Origin: Yuukianura sp. NJ FZ-2021
Taxonomy: Eukaryota
Length of the DNA stretch: 64,000 bases
Direction of reading: 5' to 3'
NCBI GenBank assembly: GCA_046563655.1
Contig: CM102287.1
Location: 8,618,001-8,682,000 of the forward strand
Position 1 is the stretch's first letter; every line of letters begins with the position of its first letter. A model generated the notes under the pieces. That model ran no database searches. It had not been told where the DNA came from and was given only the letters and a program-made list of their open reading frames with translations. Position numbers and translations under genes: made by a program. Below are positions 15,001 to 26,737 of this stretch, in pieces.

Positions 15001-18000
15001 ATTCAAAATTTGGGCTCCGCTCAATTTTCATTTTCTCTGATACGGATTCCACTGAAAAGAAATTTCCGTCCTGTCGAATTTTTTTCAAAATCTCCCTTTT
15101 TTGCTTTCACTTCCACACGAATCACAAACAGAAAAGATTCGATTTGAAAGTTCCACAATTTCAAATTCCGTTTGTCATGATCCAACGTCGTACAAATCAA
15201 ATACTGATCTGTCCCAGTTCCAAGTCAACCTACATAAAAGTTGACTAAAACCATGGAAAAGTTGAAAACTTTTCTTGAAAAAACAAACAAACAAAAAGGA
15301 AACCAAAAAGCAAACAAAACTGCTGTTTTTTTTAAATTCTGAACTCTGCAGGATAAATATCAGGATTTTTTTTCAGTTTTGACAAGCAGCGCCCTCTTAG
15401 CCGAACGGTGTTTGGTTGCGTACAGTTAACAGGGTGACGCAGGTTCGATTCCTGTCGGGTTCATTAAAATCTCCCGTGCAGAAAAACGAGAGCCCAGCCC
15501 CCCACTTGTTTATAAAAATACCGGAGTCAAAATAAATTATTTTTAAAATCAATATTTAGTTTCCTAGGTAATATTTAGTTAAAAAAGACAAAAGTATTTA
15601 AACAAGTGGATGAGGAGCCTTTAAATGGGAGTAACCTCGTTGGCTCGGAGACTGACCCGGTAAGCTCATGTTGGTAGAGCTCCTGTCTGGCACAAGCAAA
15701 GTGGCGCTGCAAACAAAAAATTTTTTGAAAAACTGAAAAAGTTTTCTTTCGAAAATTAGATTTTTAACATAAATTGGAAATCATCAAAAGTATGCCAAAC
15801 GCTCCCAAAATTTTATGCTTCTCCCCTTCTAAGAAAAAAACAAAATTTTACTTTTGGAAACCTTAGCCTTTTCAACTTTTAACAAAACCTAATTGTTGCA
15901 ACACAAAACCAAGGTTTGGTCTTCCTGTTTGCCTAATAGAGCCATTCATTCACCTTCTTCTTACATTCTGACTCCGAAATTGTTCAAATATTTCTAAAGA
16001 ATCAAGAAAAACATAACAAAAACGAAAAACGAAACTTAAAATGGAGTGTCACACTTCACACAATAGGAAATAAGGTTCAAAATTTTGTATAACCGCTCAA
16101 AATTTCTATTCAATTCCACCACATTTCCCTTCAATTACTTCCAATTTGTCTTCCTATGAGACTCTCTCAAAGTGACAAATTTGAACAAAGCAACTCATAA
16201 ATCAATTTTACAAAACTAAACCAACCGAAAAACCTAACCTAAAGCCATACTTAACCTACCGTCCCATGCTACGGACTTCAACAAACCGAAAAGGATTCCG
16301 AAAATACTCACAGAATTCATTTCTTGGAATTTTGCCATATTTGGCCCAAAAACTCTAAAATTCAGTAGAGAAAGAGAAAAAAGACCAAACCTACTTTCCA
16401 TTTCAAAACGATTTCCTCAACACATCCCATTGCCCTAGAAAACTATAAACCAATGAAACCTAACGTTAAAAACTGTACTTTACCCTATGAATTTTATTGG
16501 AGAAAGTTTACAACTTCAGAAAAACTTTTCCCGCTCTTTCTCCCTTGTTTTAAATATTCTATTCCCAAAGTCCTCTAAAGCCAATTTCTGTCAATTACAA
16601 TCCATATGCTTTTACTTTTCCACTGTAAATACTTCAACTCCAATCTCAATCTCAAACTTTTCCTTTTACTTTTTCCTAAAAAGTAAAAGTAAAAGTTTAC
16701 CATTCACTACAAAATACTAAAGTAAAAGCACCAACTTTTGCCACATGCCACACGCCACTAGCTTCTAAGCTTCCTTAATTCTCTATTTTTGCTCAGATCT
16801 AAAAACCTAACTTACAGAATCCATTTCATTGAGCACACTCTCGTTTCTATTGTTTTCTGTTGTTAGGTTAAGACCTAACAGTTACACGTTATACTCTGAG
16901 CTTCCAAATCCATGAAATCCGCATTAGTATCAAGATAACTTCAAACTTCAACTTTACGAGAACGAGACAAGAGGGCTTCAGTTTTTTCGGAAGAAAAAAA
17001 AATCCACTTTCTCCAACAGAATTTCACTTTCGACTTTTTTTTCAAAAATTCTCCCTTTTTTTCCTCACAGCTTCGTTCGTGTTCTGCAACACTTTCTTCC
17101 AAAATTCTATTGCCAAGCTCCACAATTTTCTTCTTTCTCTTTTTTTGAAGGAGCTGAGACATGTATCGCCTCTCTTTTTTGCTTTCTTCCTCAATTTCGA
17201 TCTCTGTCCAACAACGTTAGGAGTTGCCTAATGGATAAACTTGAGGAAGTGAAAAGAAGGGAAAAAAACGAAAGAAAAAAAAGCCAAGTCGTAAAGTAAA
17301 TTGAAAATTAAATTAGAGGAAACGTCCTGAGCGTTGTGTTGGTTGTAAGAAGTTGCGGGAATAAGTAGAAACGGAAGACCACCTAAACTAGCCAAACTTT
17401 AGGAAAAAGTGCTAAGAAGACCATGAAACTTTCAACTTTTTGGAAAAAAAAACAACTTCAACCAAATTTTTTAGCTCCTTCTCAGGTGTTGGTTCTAAAA
17501 AGTTAACAATTAGTGTAAATTAGTTTTAAAATTTAAAACTTCCCTTTCTTTACCTTTCTTTTTTAGTTTTACCAAAACAAGCTGAAATTAAGCATTCTAC
17601 TTTCCTTTGCTTCTCACTTTAAAAAAATGAAAAAAAAACTAAAACTACCCAAACTGTTACCGCTCCACCAAATTGGTATTTTTGAAATTCTGTTTTTTGA
17701 AATCCACTTTTTTTGAAAATGATGCTTTTTGTTCTGACGCACTGTTAACTTTTGTAATTAACGAAACCCGAAACCTAATGTGTCCCAAAGCTGTACACTG
17801 ACAGTTCCTCATTTCAACTAGAAAACTAAAAAGCAAGCGAAAAAAGGAACGTCGCGAGACGCTGCGCTTCCAGAATTTTTAAGATAACAATTCCCAGTGG
17901 ACGTTCCATAAGTTTACAGACCGGTTAGGCCTCTCTCAAAATGTCTCCGCTCGTCTAGCCACTAGCCACAAAAACTTTCATCTTCATCCCCATGCATTGT

Positions 18001-21000
18001 ATGCACTAAACTAACCTAAACCAAGTAAGCTTGTGTCCAATTCCGCATTCTCGAAAGAAATTCAAAAAACCTTGTGCTTTTCAAAAGTCTAAATGAAGAT
18101 ACCTCCTGGAGCAGAATTTCTGAGCAGTTCGTTTCCCTCAAAAGTCAAATCTGCATGTCCCAACAACAGCAGAGATCCAGCCATTTTTTTTTCAAAAACT
18201 AAAAAAAGTGAAGCATCTCTTCAAGAAATCTTGAAATTCTGAACACAAAGAAGCCCAGGGTACAAAATTCTTTAAAAAATGGTATCCTCATCAGAAACTT
18301 TTTAAAAAAGACGATCTCTTCAATCAATTCTTTCCTCATGAGCTAACCAGACCAACCCTCCGTCGTAAGTTACTTGACTCTTGAAACTGCTTTTAAAAAA
18401 TCTTTTGAGCCAACTCATCATGTCATGAGGAGGCTTCCAGAAGATCCAAAACCAAAAATGCTTCTTTTGTTCTTCCAGAGAGACTATGACAGTAAACCAA
18501 CGTAACGAAGAAGCCAAAAGGTTTTGGTCATCCAGAAAGTCAGAGTCTGGCATCCTCCCATTGAATTACTAGATTGGTTATTGGTTATCCACCAAAAAAA
18601 ATTCACGTTGTAAAAAGTGAAAAGGAAAAAAAAACTCGAAAAAAAATGTTTATAGGAGATCCGAAAATGTTGGATCCAGTATGAAACTTTCAAACAAATT
18701 TTTTTTTTGGCTAATTCCTATGAGGGGAGATCGACTGCTTTTCAACGCCATTTGCTGCAAGCTTTTTTTAAAAAACACAATTAAATTTCCTTGCACAAAA
18801 TCAAAACGAACATTTTCTGCAAGTTTTTTTCTTGAAGTGAATTTTAAAAATTTGGTCACGTCAAAAAGTTAGAAAACAGGTCAATTTTTCCCATAGACCA
18901 ACATTTCAAGACGGTAGAGTACGCGTGAATCCTCGGCAAGCCAAATATATCCAAAAGTTGAATTTCAGCTGAATTTTTCAAAATTCCAAATCCTCAAAAA
19001 GTAAGTGTACAAGTGAATTTTTAAAAATTTGGTCACGTCAAAAAGTTAGAAAACAGGTCAATTTTTCCCATAGACCAACATTTCAAGACGGTAGAGTACG
19101 CGTGAATCCTCGGCAAGCCAAATATATCCAAAAGTTGAATTTCAGCTGAATTTTTCAAAATTCCAATTCCTCAAAAAGTAAGTGTACAAGTGAATTTTAA
19201 AAATTTGGTCACGTCAAAAAGTTAGAAAACAGGTCAATTTTTCCCATAGACCAACATTTCAAGACGGTAGAGTACGCGTGAATCCTCGGCAAGCCAAATA
19301 TATCCAAAAGTTGAATTTCAGCTGAATTTTTCAAAATTCCAAATCCTCAAAAAGTAAGTGTACAAGTGAATTTTTAAAAATTTGGTCACGTCAAAAAGTT
19401 AGAAAACAGGTCAATTTTTCCCATAGACCAACATTTCAAGACGGTAGAGTACGCGTGAATCCTCGGCAAGCCAAATATATCCAAAAGTTGAATTTCAGCT
19501 GAATTTTTCAAAATTCCAATTCCTCAAAAAGTAAGTGTAGAAGTGAATTTTAAAAATTTGGTCACGTCAAAAAGTTAGAAAACAGGTCAATTTTTCCCAT
19601 AGACCAACATTTCAAGACGGTAGAGTACGCGTGAATCCTCGGCAAGCCAAATATATCCAAAAGTTGAATTTCAGCTGAATTTTTCAAAATTCCAAATCCT
19701 CAAAAAGTAAGTGTACAAGTGAATTTTTAAAAATTTGGTCACGTCAAAAAGTTAGAAAACAGGTCAATTTTTCCCATAGACCAACATTTCAAGACGGTAG
19801 AGTACGCGTGAATCCTCGGCAAGCCAAATATATCCAAAAGTTGAATTTCAGCTGAATTTTTCAAAATTCCAATTCCTCAAAAAGTAAGTGTACAAGTGAA
19901 TTTTAAAAATTTGGTCACGTCAAAAAGTTAGAAAACAGGTCAATTTTTCCCATAGACCAACATTTCAAGACGGTAGAGTACGCGTGAATCCTCGGCAAGC
20001 CAAATATATCCAAAAGTTGAATTTCAGCTGAATTTTTCAAAATTCCAATTCCTCAAAAAGTAAGTGTAGAAGTGAATTTTAAAAATTTGGTCACGTCAAA
20101 AAGTTAGAAAACAGGTCAATTTTTCCCATAGACCAACATTTCAAGACGGTAGAGTACGCGTGAATCCTCGGCAAGCCAAATATATCCAAAAGTTGAATTT
20201 CAGCTGAATTTTTCAAAATTCCAAATCCTCAAAAAGTAAGTGTACAAGTGAATTTTTAAAAATTTGGTCACGTCAAAAAGTTAGAAAACAGGTCAATTTT
20301 TCCCATAGACCAACATTTCAAGACGGTAGAGTACGCGTGAATCCTCGGCAAGCCAAATATATCCAAAAGTTGAATTTCAGCTGAATTTTTCAAAATTCCA
20401 ATTCCTCAAAAAGTAAGTGTAGAAGTGAATTTTAAAAATTTGGTCACGTCAAAAAGTTAGAAAACAGGTCAATTTTTCCCATAGACCAACATTTCAAGAC
20501 GGTAGAGTACGCGTGAATCCTCGGCAAGCCAAATATATCCAAAAGTTGAATTTCAGCTGAATTTTTCAAAATTCCAATTCCTCAAAAAGTAAGTGTAGAA
20601 GTGAATTTTAAAAATTTGGTCACGTCAAAAAGTTAGAAAACAGGTCAATTTTTCCCATAGACCAACATTTCAAGACGGTAGAGTACGCGTGAATCCTCGG
20701 CAAGCCAAATATATCCAAAAGTTGAATTTCAGCTGAATTTTTCAAAATTCCAAATCCTCAAAAAGTAAGTGTACAAGTGAATTTTTAAAAATTTGGTCAC
20801 GTCAAAAAGTTAGAAAACAGGTCAATTTTTCCCATAGACCAACATTTCAAGACGGTAGAGTACGCGTGAATCCTCGGCAAGCCAAATATATCCAAAAGTT
20901 GAATTTCAGCTGAATTTTTCAAAATTCCAATTCCTCAAAAAGTAAGTGTAGAAGTGAATTTTAAAAATTTGGTCACGTCAAAAAGTTAGAAAACAGGTCA

Positions 21001-22704
21001 ATTTTTCCCATAGACCAACATTTCAAGACGGTAGAGTACGCGTGAATCCTCGGCAAGCCAAATATATCCAAAAGTTGAATTTCAGCTGAATTTTTCAAAA
21101 TTCCAATTCCTCAAAAAGTAAGTGTAGAAGTGAATTTTTAAAAATTTGGTCACGTCAAAAAGTTAGAAAACAGGTCAATTTTTCCCATAGACCAACATTT
21201 CAAGACGGTAGAGTACGCGTGAATCCTCGGCAAGCCAAATATATCCAAAAGTTGAATTTCAGCTGAATTTTTCAAAATTCCAATTCCTCAAATTTTCCGC
21301 ATGTTTCTTATAACAACGTCTCGATTTTCCGCAATCTTTTTATAACAACGCCTCCGTTCTGTGCAAGAAAAAAGCTTGCAGAAAATGTTCGTCCCTATTT
21401 TCTGCAAGGAATTTTTGCTTGTGTTTTTTAAAAAAATCTTGCAGCAAATCGTATTGAAAAGCAGTCGATCTCCCCTCATAAATTCCACGTTCCATAGTGT
21501 GAAAACTGAAAAGTGAAAATGAGCTTCAAACGCGTTTGAGCCAAAAAGTGAAAAAAACAGTTTTTGAATGGAAAGGTCCCCCTTCCATTCATTTTCAAAG
21601 AGTCCAAAAAAAATTCTGCGAAAAACGATTGGAAATGTCTTAAAACGTCCTAAAAAATAACAAGAAAAGAAATGTTTTTTCGAGAAAAAATTGTCAAAAA
21701 AATGTTTCAAAAAATGCTGAAAATATCGGCGATTGGAAGAACGAGAGCGGAGCAAAAGTGCCTTGCTATGGCTTGGAATCTCAACAAGCCCAACAGTTAG
21801 AGAGAAGCAGCAAGACAAGTGACGACGACAACTTTACCTGGTGGAGGAAGTTAACGTTGAACAATGGGCACTTGACAAGACAGCTTCAAGTGCCTCAAGT
21901 TGTTCAAACCAAAGGAGAAAGTTGTCGTCCCTTAATTATTCACTTCAACGGCTCAATCCTCCTGCAAGTTCCTAGTGAACTGCTGGATTTACGGAAAAAT
22001 AGATTAAGCTATCCAAACAGTTTAAAAAAATAATCAAAAAGTTAACTCACGCGTCTGATTGGATGATGATCCCGGAGCGGAGTCTTCGTCCCCTGGATCG
22101 CATCAGTCGACTGATCGTCGGCTGACGGTTGATGATGATGCTGCGGGGGTAATTTGCGTAGTGGAGTTCTGCTATTTGCAAAAACGAGTTGACGCTGATG
22201 TCTCTGCGGTGATAATGGTTCGTAGTACTGGTCTTCAAAGAATGGTGGGCCACAGTCACAGTCATCAATATCCTGGTAATCACTATTAGCTGCCGAAGAG
22301 TCTTCTACTTGACTACTGTTCCCAGTGGGTGGCAAGTATCTCTTCTGCAGACAGTACTTTATTTCATCTCCATTTTGAAAATGAGCTTGGTACTCCAAGT
22401 ACTTTGGTCTGGGATGTCCTCCTCCATCACTCTGCTCAAACTGACCACTGACTGCCGTTGTCGTCGTCGTGAAAGTCTCTTTTCCAAAATGAGAGAGTCG
22501 TAAATGACGAATCGCTTGAAGGAGTTCAATCTTCTCATGAATGTCTCGGACTCCGATTATTTCCAGATCAGATTCTCCCATCTCAGCACAAATCCGTAGA
22601 TCTTCATATCCATTTTGTACAAAAGGCTCAAAGTGGTGAGAGAGATCAAGTGAGTGGAGCCATTCAAACAGTTCTCTTTGTTTCACCAATTGACGACTCA
22701 TCAT
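3015..22704 (-). CDS. SAM-domain scaffold protein, SAMD5/SASH1 family (Drosophila SKIP-like); 3' part not found in the window
   Basis: Phase-consistent GT-AG exon chain: 22704-22051 (MMSRQLVKQRELFEWLHSLDLSHHFEPFVQNGYEDLRICAEMGESDLEIIGV..., a SAMD5-type SAM), 13159-12143, 11187-11096, 8810-8605, 4734-4445, 3538-3476, 3071-3015 (LKYEELQKRKARIAQEHQM). All junctions keep the frame open. No stop is reached, so the gene continues toward or past position 1. Confidence 0.8.
15386..15726 (+). mobile_element. tRNA-derived SINE or Pol III transcript-like element (intronic, antisense to host gene)
   Basis: A-box-like TAGCCGAACGG (~15398). T-arm/B-box GCAGG-TTCGATT-CCTGT (15439-15455). No proper acceptor stem. 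Ends in an A-rich tail and a T6 run (15721-15726). Confidence 0.5.
18719..21480. mobile_element. Non-autonomous TIR DNA transposon (IS3EU-like termini) carrying an internal tandem array
   Basis: Imperfect ~116-bp terminal inverted repeats at 18719-18834 and 21364-21480, starting TATGAGGGGAGATCGACTGCTTTTCAA. Flanked by a 6-bp direct repeat AATTCC (18713-18718 and 21481-21486). No transposase ORF. Confidence 0.85.
18835..21292. repeat. Tandem array, 176/177-bp unit, about 14 near-identical copies
   Basis: Units start at 18835, 19011, 19188, 19364, 19541, 19717, 19894, 20070, 20246, 20423, 20599, 20775, 20952 and 21128 (last one truncated). I see only three variable positions. Confidence 0.97.
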
Positions 22705-23391
22705 TTTCAAAAGCTGGACTGGAGGGTGACAGTGGTGGTCTTAAATAAAAAAAAGTTAAAAAGAACAAATGAGTATTGTACAGTTAATCCTTCCAGAGAT
22801 CACCAAGTTCATCAAAACTGCATCTCTCATCATCTTCAAACTGCAGGGAGCGTCACTAAAGTTAAGTTGACACAAAGATAAACACGTTATTTGTTTTCAA
22901 CGCCTCCCTCATCTTTCCATTCATCACATTTGCATTTCCTTGTTTTCTTAGCACTTCCAAGTACCAAATGACATTCACTCTCACGCACACTTGAACCACT
23001 AGTGTCAAAAGTGCATGATGTCCAAGTACTTACTAAAACTCTCACCAATGTCGTGTTTAGGAACTTGAAATGATGAAATGAATTCTTGGTGACGAAACTT
23101 TTTTCAACTTCTGTTCAAATGTTCCTTGTTCTGGAACAAAAACCAAGCTGTGTCACGAAATGTCGTCAGACGGAACACTTTTCATAGGCCGGAGAATCCT
23201 CTTCTGCGGAGAGACACCAGATGCAGTAGTGGTTGACAAAACTTTGTTTTAAATGAGCTAAAAAGTCTGTTGCCGGCGTTTCAAGGGCTCCCCTCTCAGG
23301 TCAATCTCCACACTTCCGACTTCTTTGGAACCTTCCAAAGGACTGAACTTTTCCCTCCGTCGTCTCTTCTTTTCACAATGAAATTCTCCCT

Positions 23392-23457
23392 GTGCCAAGC
23401 GAGATTCGAACTCGTACGTGCGGGAGTGGTGCGGGAGCGTTGAACCATCTGCCTTCC
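23392..23457 (-). pseudogene. Degenerate tRNA-like / SINE-head fragment
   Basis: Minus strand shows GGCAGATGG (A-box-like) and the T-arm CGAG-TTCGAAT-CTCG. No complete cloverleaf. Confidence 0.3.
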
Positions 23458-24758
23458 CTTTCTCTTTTTCTATCCAGCCAGAGAAGAGAGTCCTTTTCGG
23501 AAGTCAGGGGGTCCCTACAAAATCCAAAAAAAGAGGAATTTAGAATTGAGCTCCCTCGTTTCAGTGAAATGAAAATCAAGAGAATGTGAATATACCTTGT
23601 TCGTTTCGGCGGAAGCGGAGAAGCTAAGGCAACGCCTGATAATTTCCTCACTTCACTTAACCCTGCTCAAGAAGCCTCTTTGCCATTTGTGTCAACGTAC
23701 TAAACTGTCGTCGACTTTCACTGCACCACCGCCATCATCCTTCCAGCAAACCGTTTTTCCTAAAACAAATGAATCAAATGGAGGAAAGTATAGAGATGGA
23801 AACACTGTGGGGTCATAAATTCTATCCTAAATGCTTAAAGTGGACAGGGGAACAATCCATGTCCAATTCGGCAAATTAAGAGTTATAACGTCGACTCTGC
23901 CTCCCGATTCTTTTTATTATTCTCACAAAACGCCATGCATCACAGAGAGACAAAAAAAAACGATTTTGGTTTCATTCACACCCAGAAAAGTCCGATTTTG
24001 TTTTCATTACCGTTTTTTGCACGCGTCAAACCGAAACATGAAAATAATCCATTTCTAATTGAAAAATCCACTTTTTAGTAATAAGCTCAGCATTAATTTT
24101 TAAATCTAAGGAAAAAAAACTACAGTTTTAGTCAACTCGCGCGTTTGCAATTGAAAAACTGACAGGATAAATTAGCAATTACTTGCAGAATTAGTTTACA
24201 ATGGAATTCGAGGCCTCGAAAATGGAAGGATTGGTTAGCAATTTCGTGGTCTCCGGGCAATTATTAAAAAAATACAATCATTCTGATCTGACCTACTTTT
24301 CCAAATCCCAATCATATGGCTGAGAGCATAATCCCACAGTCTATAATTTTCTGCAGATCAAAGGTATTAGCAAAGATGCAGTAGAACGTACAAGGGCTGA
24401 AAAATTGCAAATGAATTCAGAGTTCAAATACTGTTTTTGACGTCGTATTTTATCGTTATGAACCTCAATTAGCCTATTGGCGATCAAAGACTTCGAAAAA
24501 CAAAAGCAAAAACGAAATTTCCCACGTCCACGTAAAAAAGAAGACGAAAATTTTATTTTCTCCAAAAATCGGAAATGGTTCCTCAAACTAGGAAAAGTGA
24601 AAGGTAATTGTTTTTTCTCCAAAACACGTTTTTTGAAGTCCGTGTGATTTGGAGTCGATTTGACATTTTTTTTCATCAAAAATTTTTTTGCCTTTCGTCT
24701 TCTGCTGTGAAAATGAGTTTTTCTCCCAAAAACGACAAATCAAAGTTAATTGCTTACC

Positions 24759-25644
24759 TGAAAACCATTTAGTTAGCAGTATCAGGTATCACCGTCATTA
24801 TCCATCTTCGTGGGCCATCATCGTCATCATTAAGTCCCAAAATGTATGTCCAGGCCAAAAAGCTGTTGTGGGCGTGCGCAGAGGACTGTTGGACAATGGC
24901 CCTATTCAATCCGGACTCCCATCACGCAGGAATGTCTACAACCAAGAAGCTGGACAGCGAGACTCCAGAATTTACATGAATCGACTCTTGTTATTTGTTA
25001 ACTGGTTGTTGTTCTTGTACAGCTCTCATCTGAGGAACAATACAACACAAATACTTGAAAATCCAGACTACACTTCACAAAAGTAAATATGTAATAAATT
25101 ATGAATCTCACCAGCATTTCATAGCGAGAGCTTGTTGTTCGTGTCCCAACAGCAGACTCTGAACTCTACGAACTCTTGTAAAGTGTACATCTTGCGAGAC
25201 AAAGTTTAGGATCATCCTCTTCATCACAAATCACGATCTGATTCTTACTTATTATTCTTCCTCAACAAAAACACGTTTTGGAGAATCTGAGGTGGTGGTT
25301 GGTGGTGGGTCTGAAGGCTTCTTGGTGTTTCTGTCCAAATCCATTCCCATGTTCGTGTTTCGTACTTGGTAGAAGTCTAGAATGCAACCGGATAACAACA
25401 ATACACGCAACAATAATGTTAGAATATACACACATTTTTCAAGGAGCATCTTAGGACGTACCAGAACTTACGCACAGTACACAGCTCTGCAGGAAATTAA
25501 CAATAGGCCTTGGAAAAAATGCACTTGAGAAAGGAAGAAGGAAATGGGCGGATCCGACCGTGTCGATGTAATACGTCTACCTGTCGCCAGCCCACTTGCA
25601 ACAATTAACCATCATCATCCGTCCAGCAATCAAAAGGAAGTCTC
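24759..25644 (-). other. Spliced, apparently non-coding exons (possible 5' UTR of the SAM gene, or a lncRNA)
   Basis: Several minus-strand AG/GT-bounded blocks (~25644-25581, ~25377-25250, ~25190-25113, ~25029-24759) with no continuous ORF. The SAM exon has its own acceptor at ~22740 upstream of the ATG, so upstream exons are expected. Confidence 0.3.
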
Positions 25645-26667
25645 TGCAAACTGTCAAAAATTCATATTAGTAAATACTTTTCAAAATTCAATAATAAAAA
25701 AAATTTACTAAAAAAGACTTTTACTAAAGCCACGTTTTCACAAAAACATATTTGATTTGAAAACTTTTTGGAGCTAAGTTTTCCAAAAAGTTGGTGTCAG
25801 ATTTTTTAAGAAAATTTTTTAGCGACTCTAATTTTCTACAATCAAAAAATCATTATTTTTTCACAAAATGAATTCTAACAAAAATAGCACGACCAGTTAC
25901 ATATTTTTTTTTGATTTCATGTAAGAAATTAGAAAAGGATTGACATGAAGCCAACAAATTCAATCACGAACCTAATTAGTTGCACTAGGCGAATCCCTTT
26001 GCAATAATCTGCACTTTTGTACACTAAAAATCTCAGATTAAAAGTGTTACTTCACTTTCACTTTTTGTTTTTAAATTCTTCCTTTGCCATTCCGTTCAAC
26101 TTACGCCAACGCAGTTACTTTACATTTTCAACCAAGTTCATCGTAACACTTCCACACTACACAAATCTGACGATTCAAAATTCCAATTTCCGAAAATCCA
26201 AAATTAAAAAAAAGTCAGTAGTAGAAAGTAGTAACTCCAGTAATTACATTTTTACTGCATACTCGAAATCAGTTTTCAAAATCTTGAAAATGTCAGTCAA
26301 AAAACAACAAATTTGACGAGCCCTGAATTTTAATATGGTCCGTACAATGAAAAATGGTGACTTCAAGGACACAAAGATGAAGAATGACTGCTCCACGCAG
26401 TGCCAATGACTTTTATAATTCCAACATGATCTGTGTCACACAAAATCCTTTACAACTTCTAAACTGTCCCTGTTCAAATCTCTTACTATTTTGATGCACC
26501 TCGCAGGATTCGAACCCCAAACACTTTTTGTCATCTTTGTAGGACTTCACCTTATTTTGGTCAAGTCCCCCCAACGTCTTGGCTCAAGTCCATGCTTCAT
26601 CATAACAAAAAACCAAAAATCTCTAATCCATGAAGATGAAGATCCGCCGGAAGCCATATGTCTCTAG

Positions 26668-26737
26668 CAGCCTAAACCTAATGTTACAGCAGCCTAACCT
26701 AACCAACCTAATGCCACAGCAGCCTAACCAACCTAAC
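26668..26737. repeat. Short minisatellite built from CCTAA (TTAGG-type) motifs
   Basis: cagcctaaacctaatgttacagcagcctaacctaaccaacctaatgccacagcagcctaaccaacctaac. Confidence 0.7.

Noticed and set aside
15391..15463. Functional tRNA gene
   Set aside because: The T-arm is good but the acceptor and anticodon stems do not pair, so it is treated as a tRNA-derived head.
15605..15700. HDV-like, hammerhead or twister ribozyme in the 3' part of the SINE-like element
   Set aside because: I could not fit the required pseudoknot pairings or the conserved catalytic cores by eye.
18835..21292. Regular repeat array as a CRISPR locus
   Set aside because: Units are 176-177 bp and essentially identical, with no unique spacers. 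There are no cas genes and the context is eukaryotic.
21288..21818. 176-aa minus ORF and ORF 18681-18872 sharing MRGDRLLFN
   Set aside because: The shared peptide is simply the translation of the two TIR copies. No transposase features.
26496..26520. Isolated minus-strand B-box/T-arm (GGTTCGAATCCTGC)
   Set aside because: No upstream A-box or cloverleaf. Too short to call.
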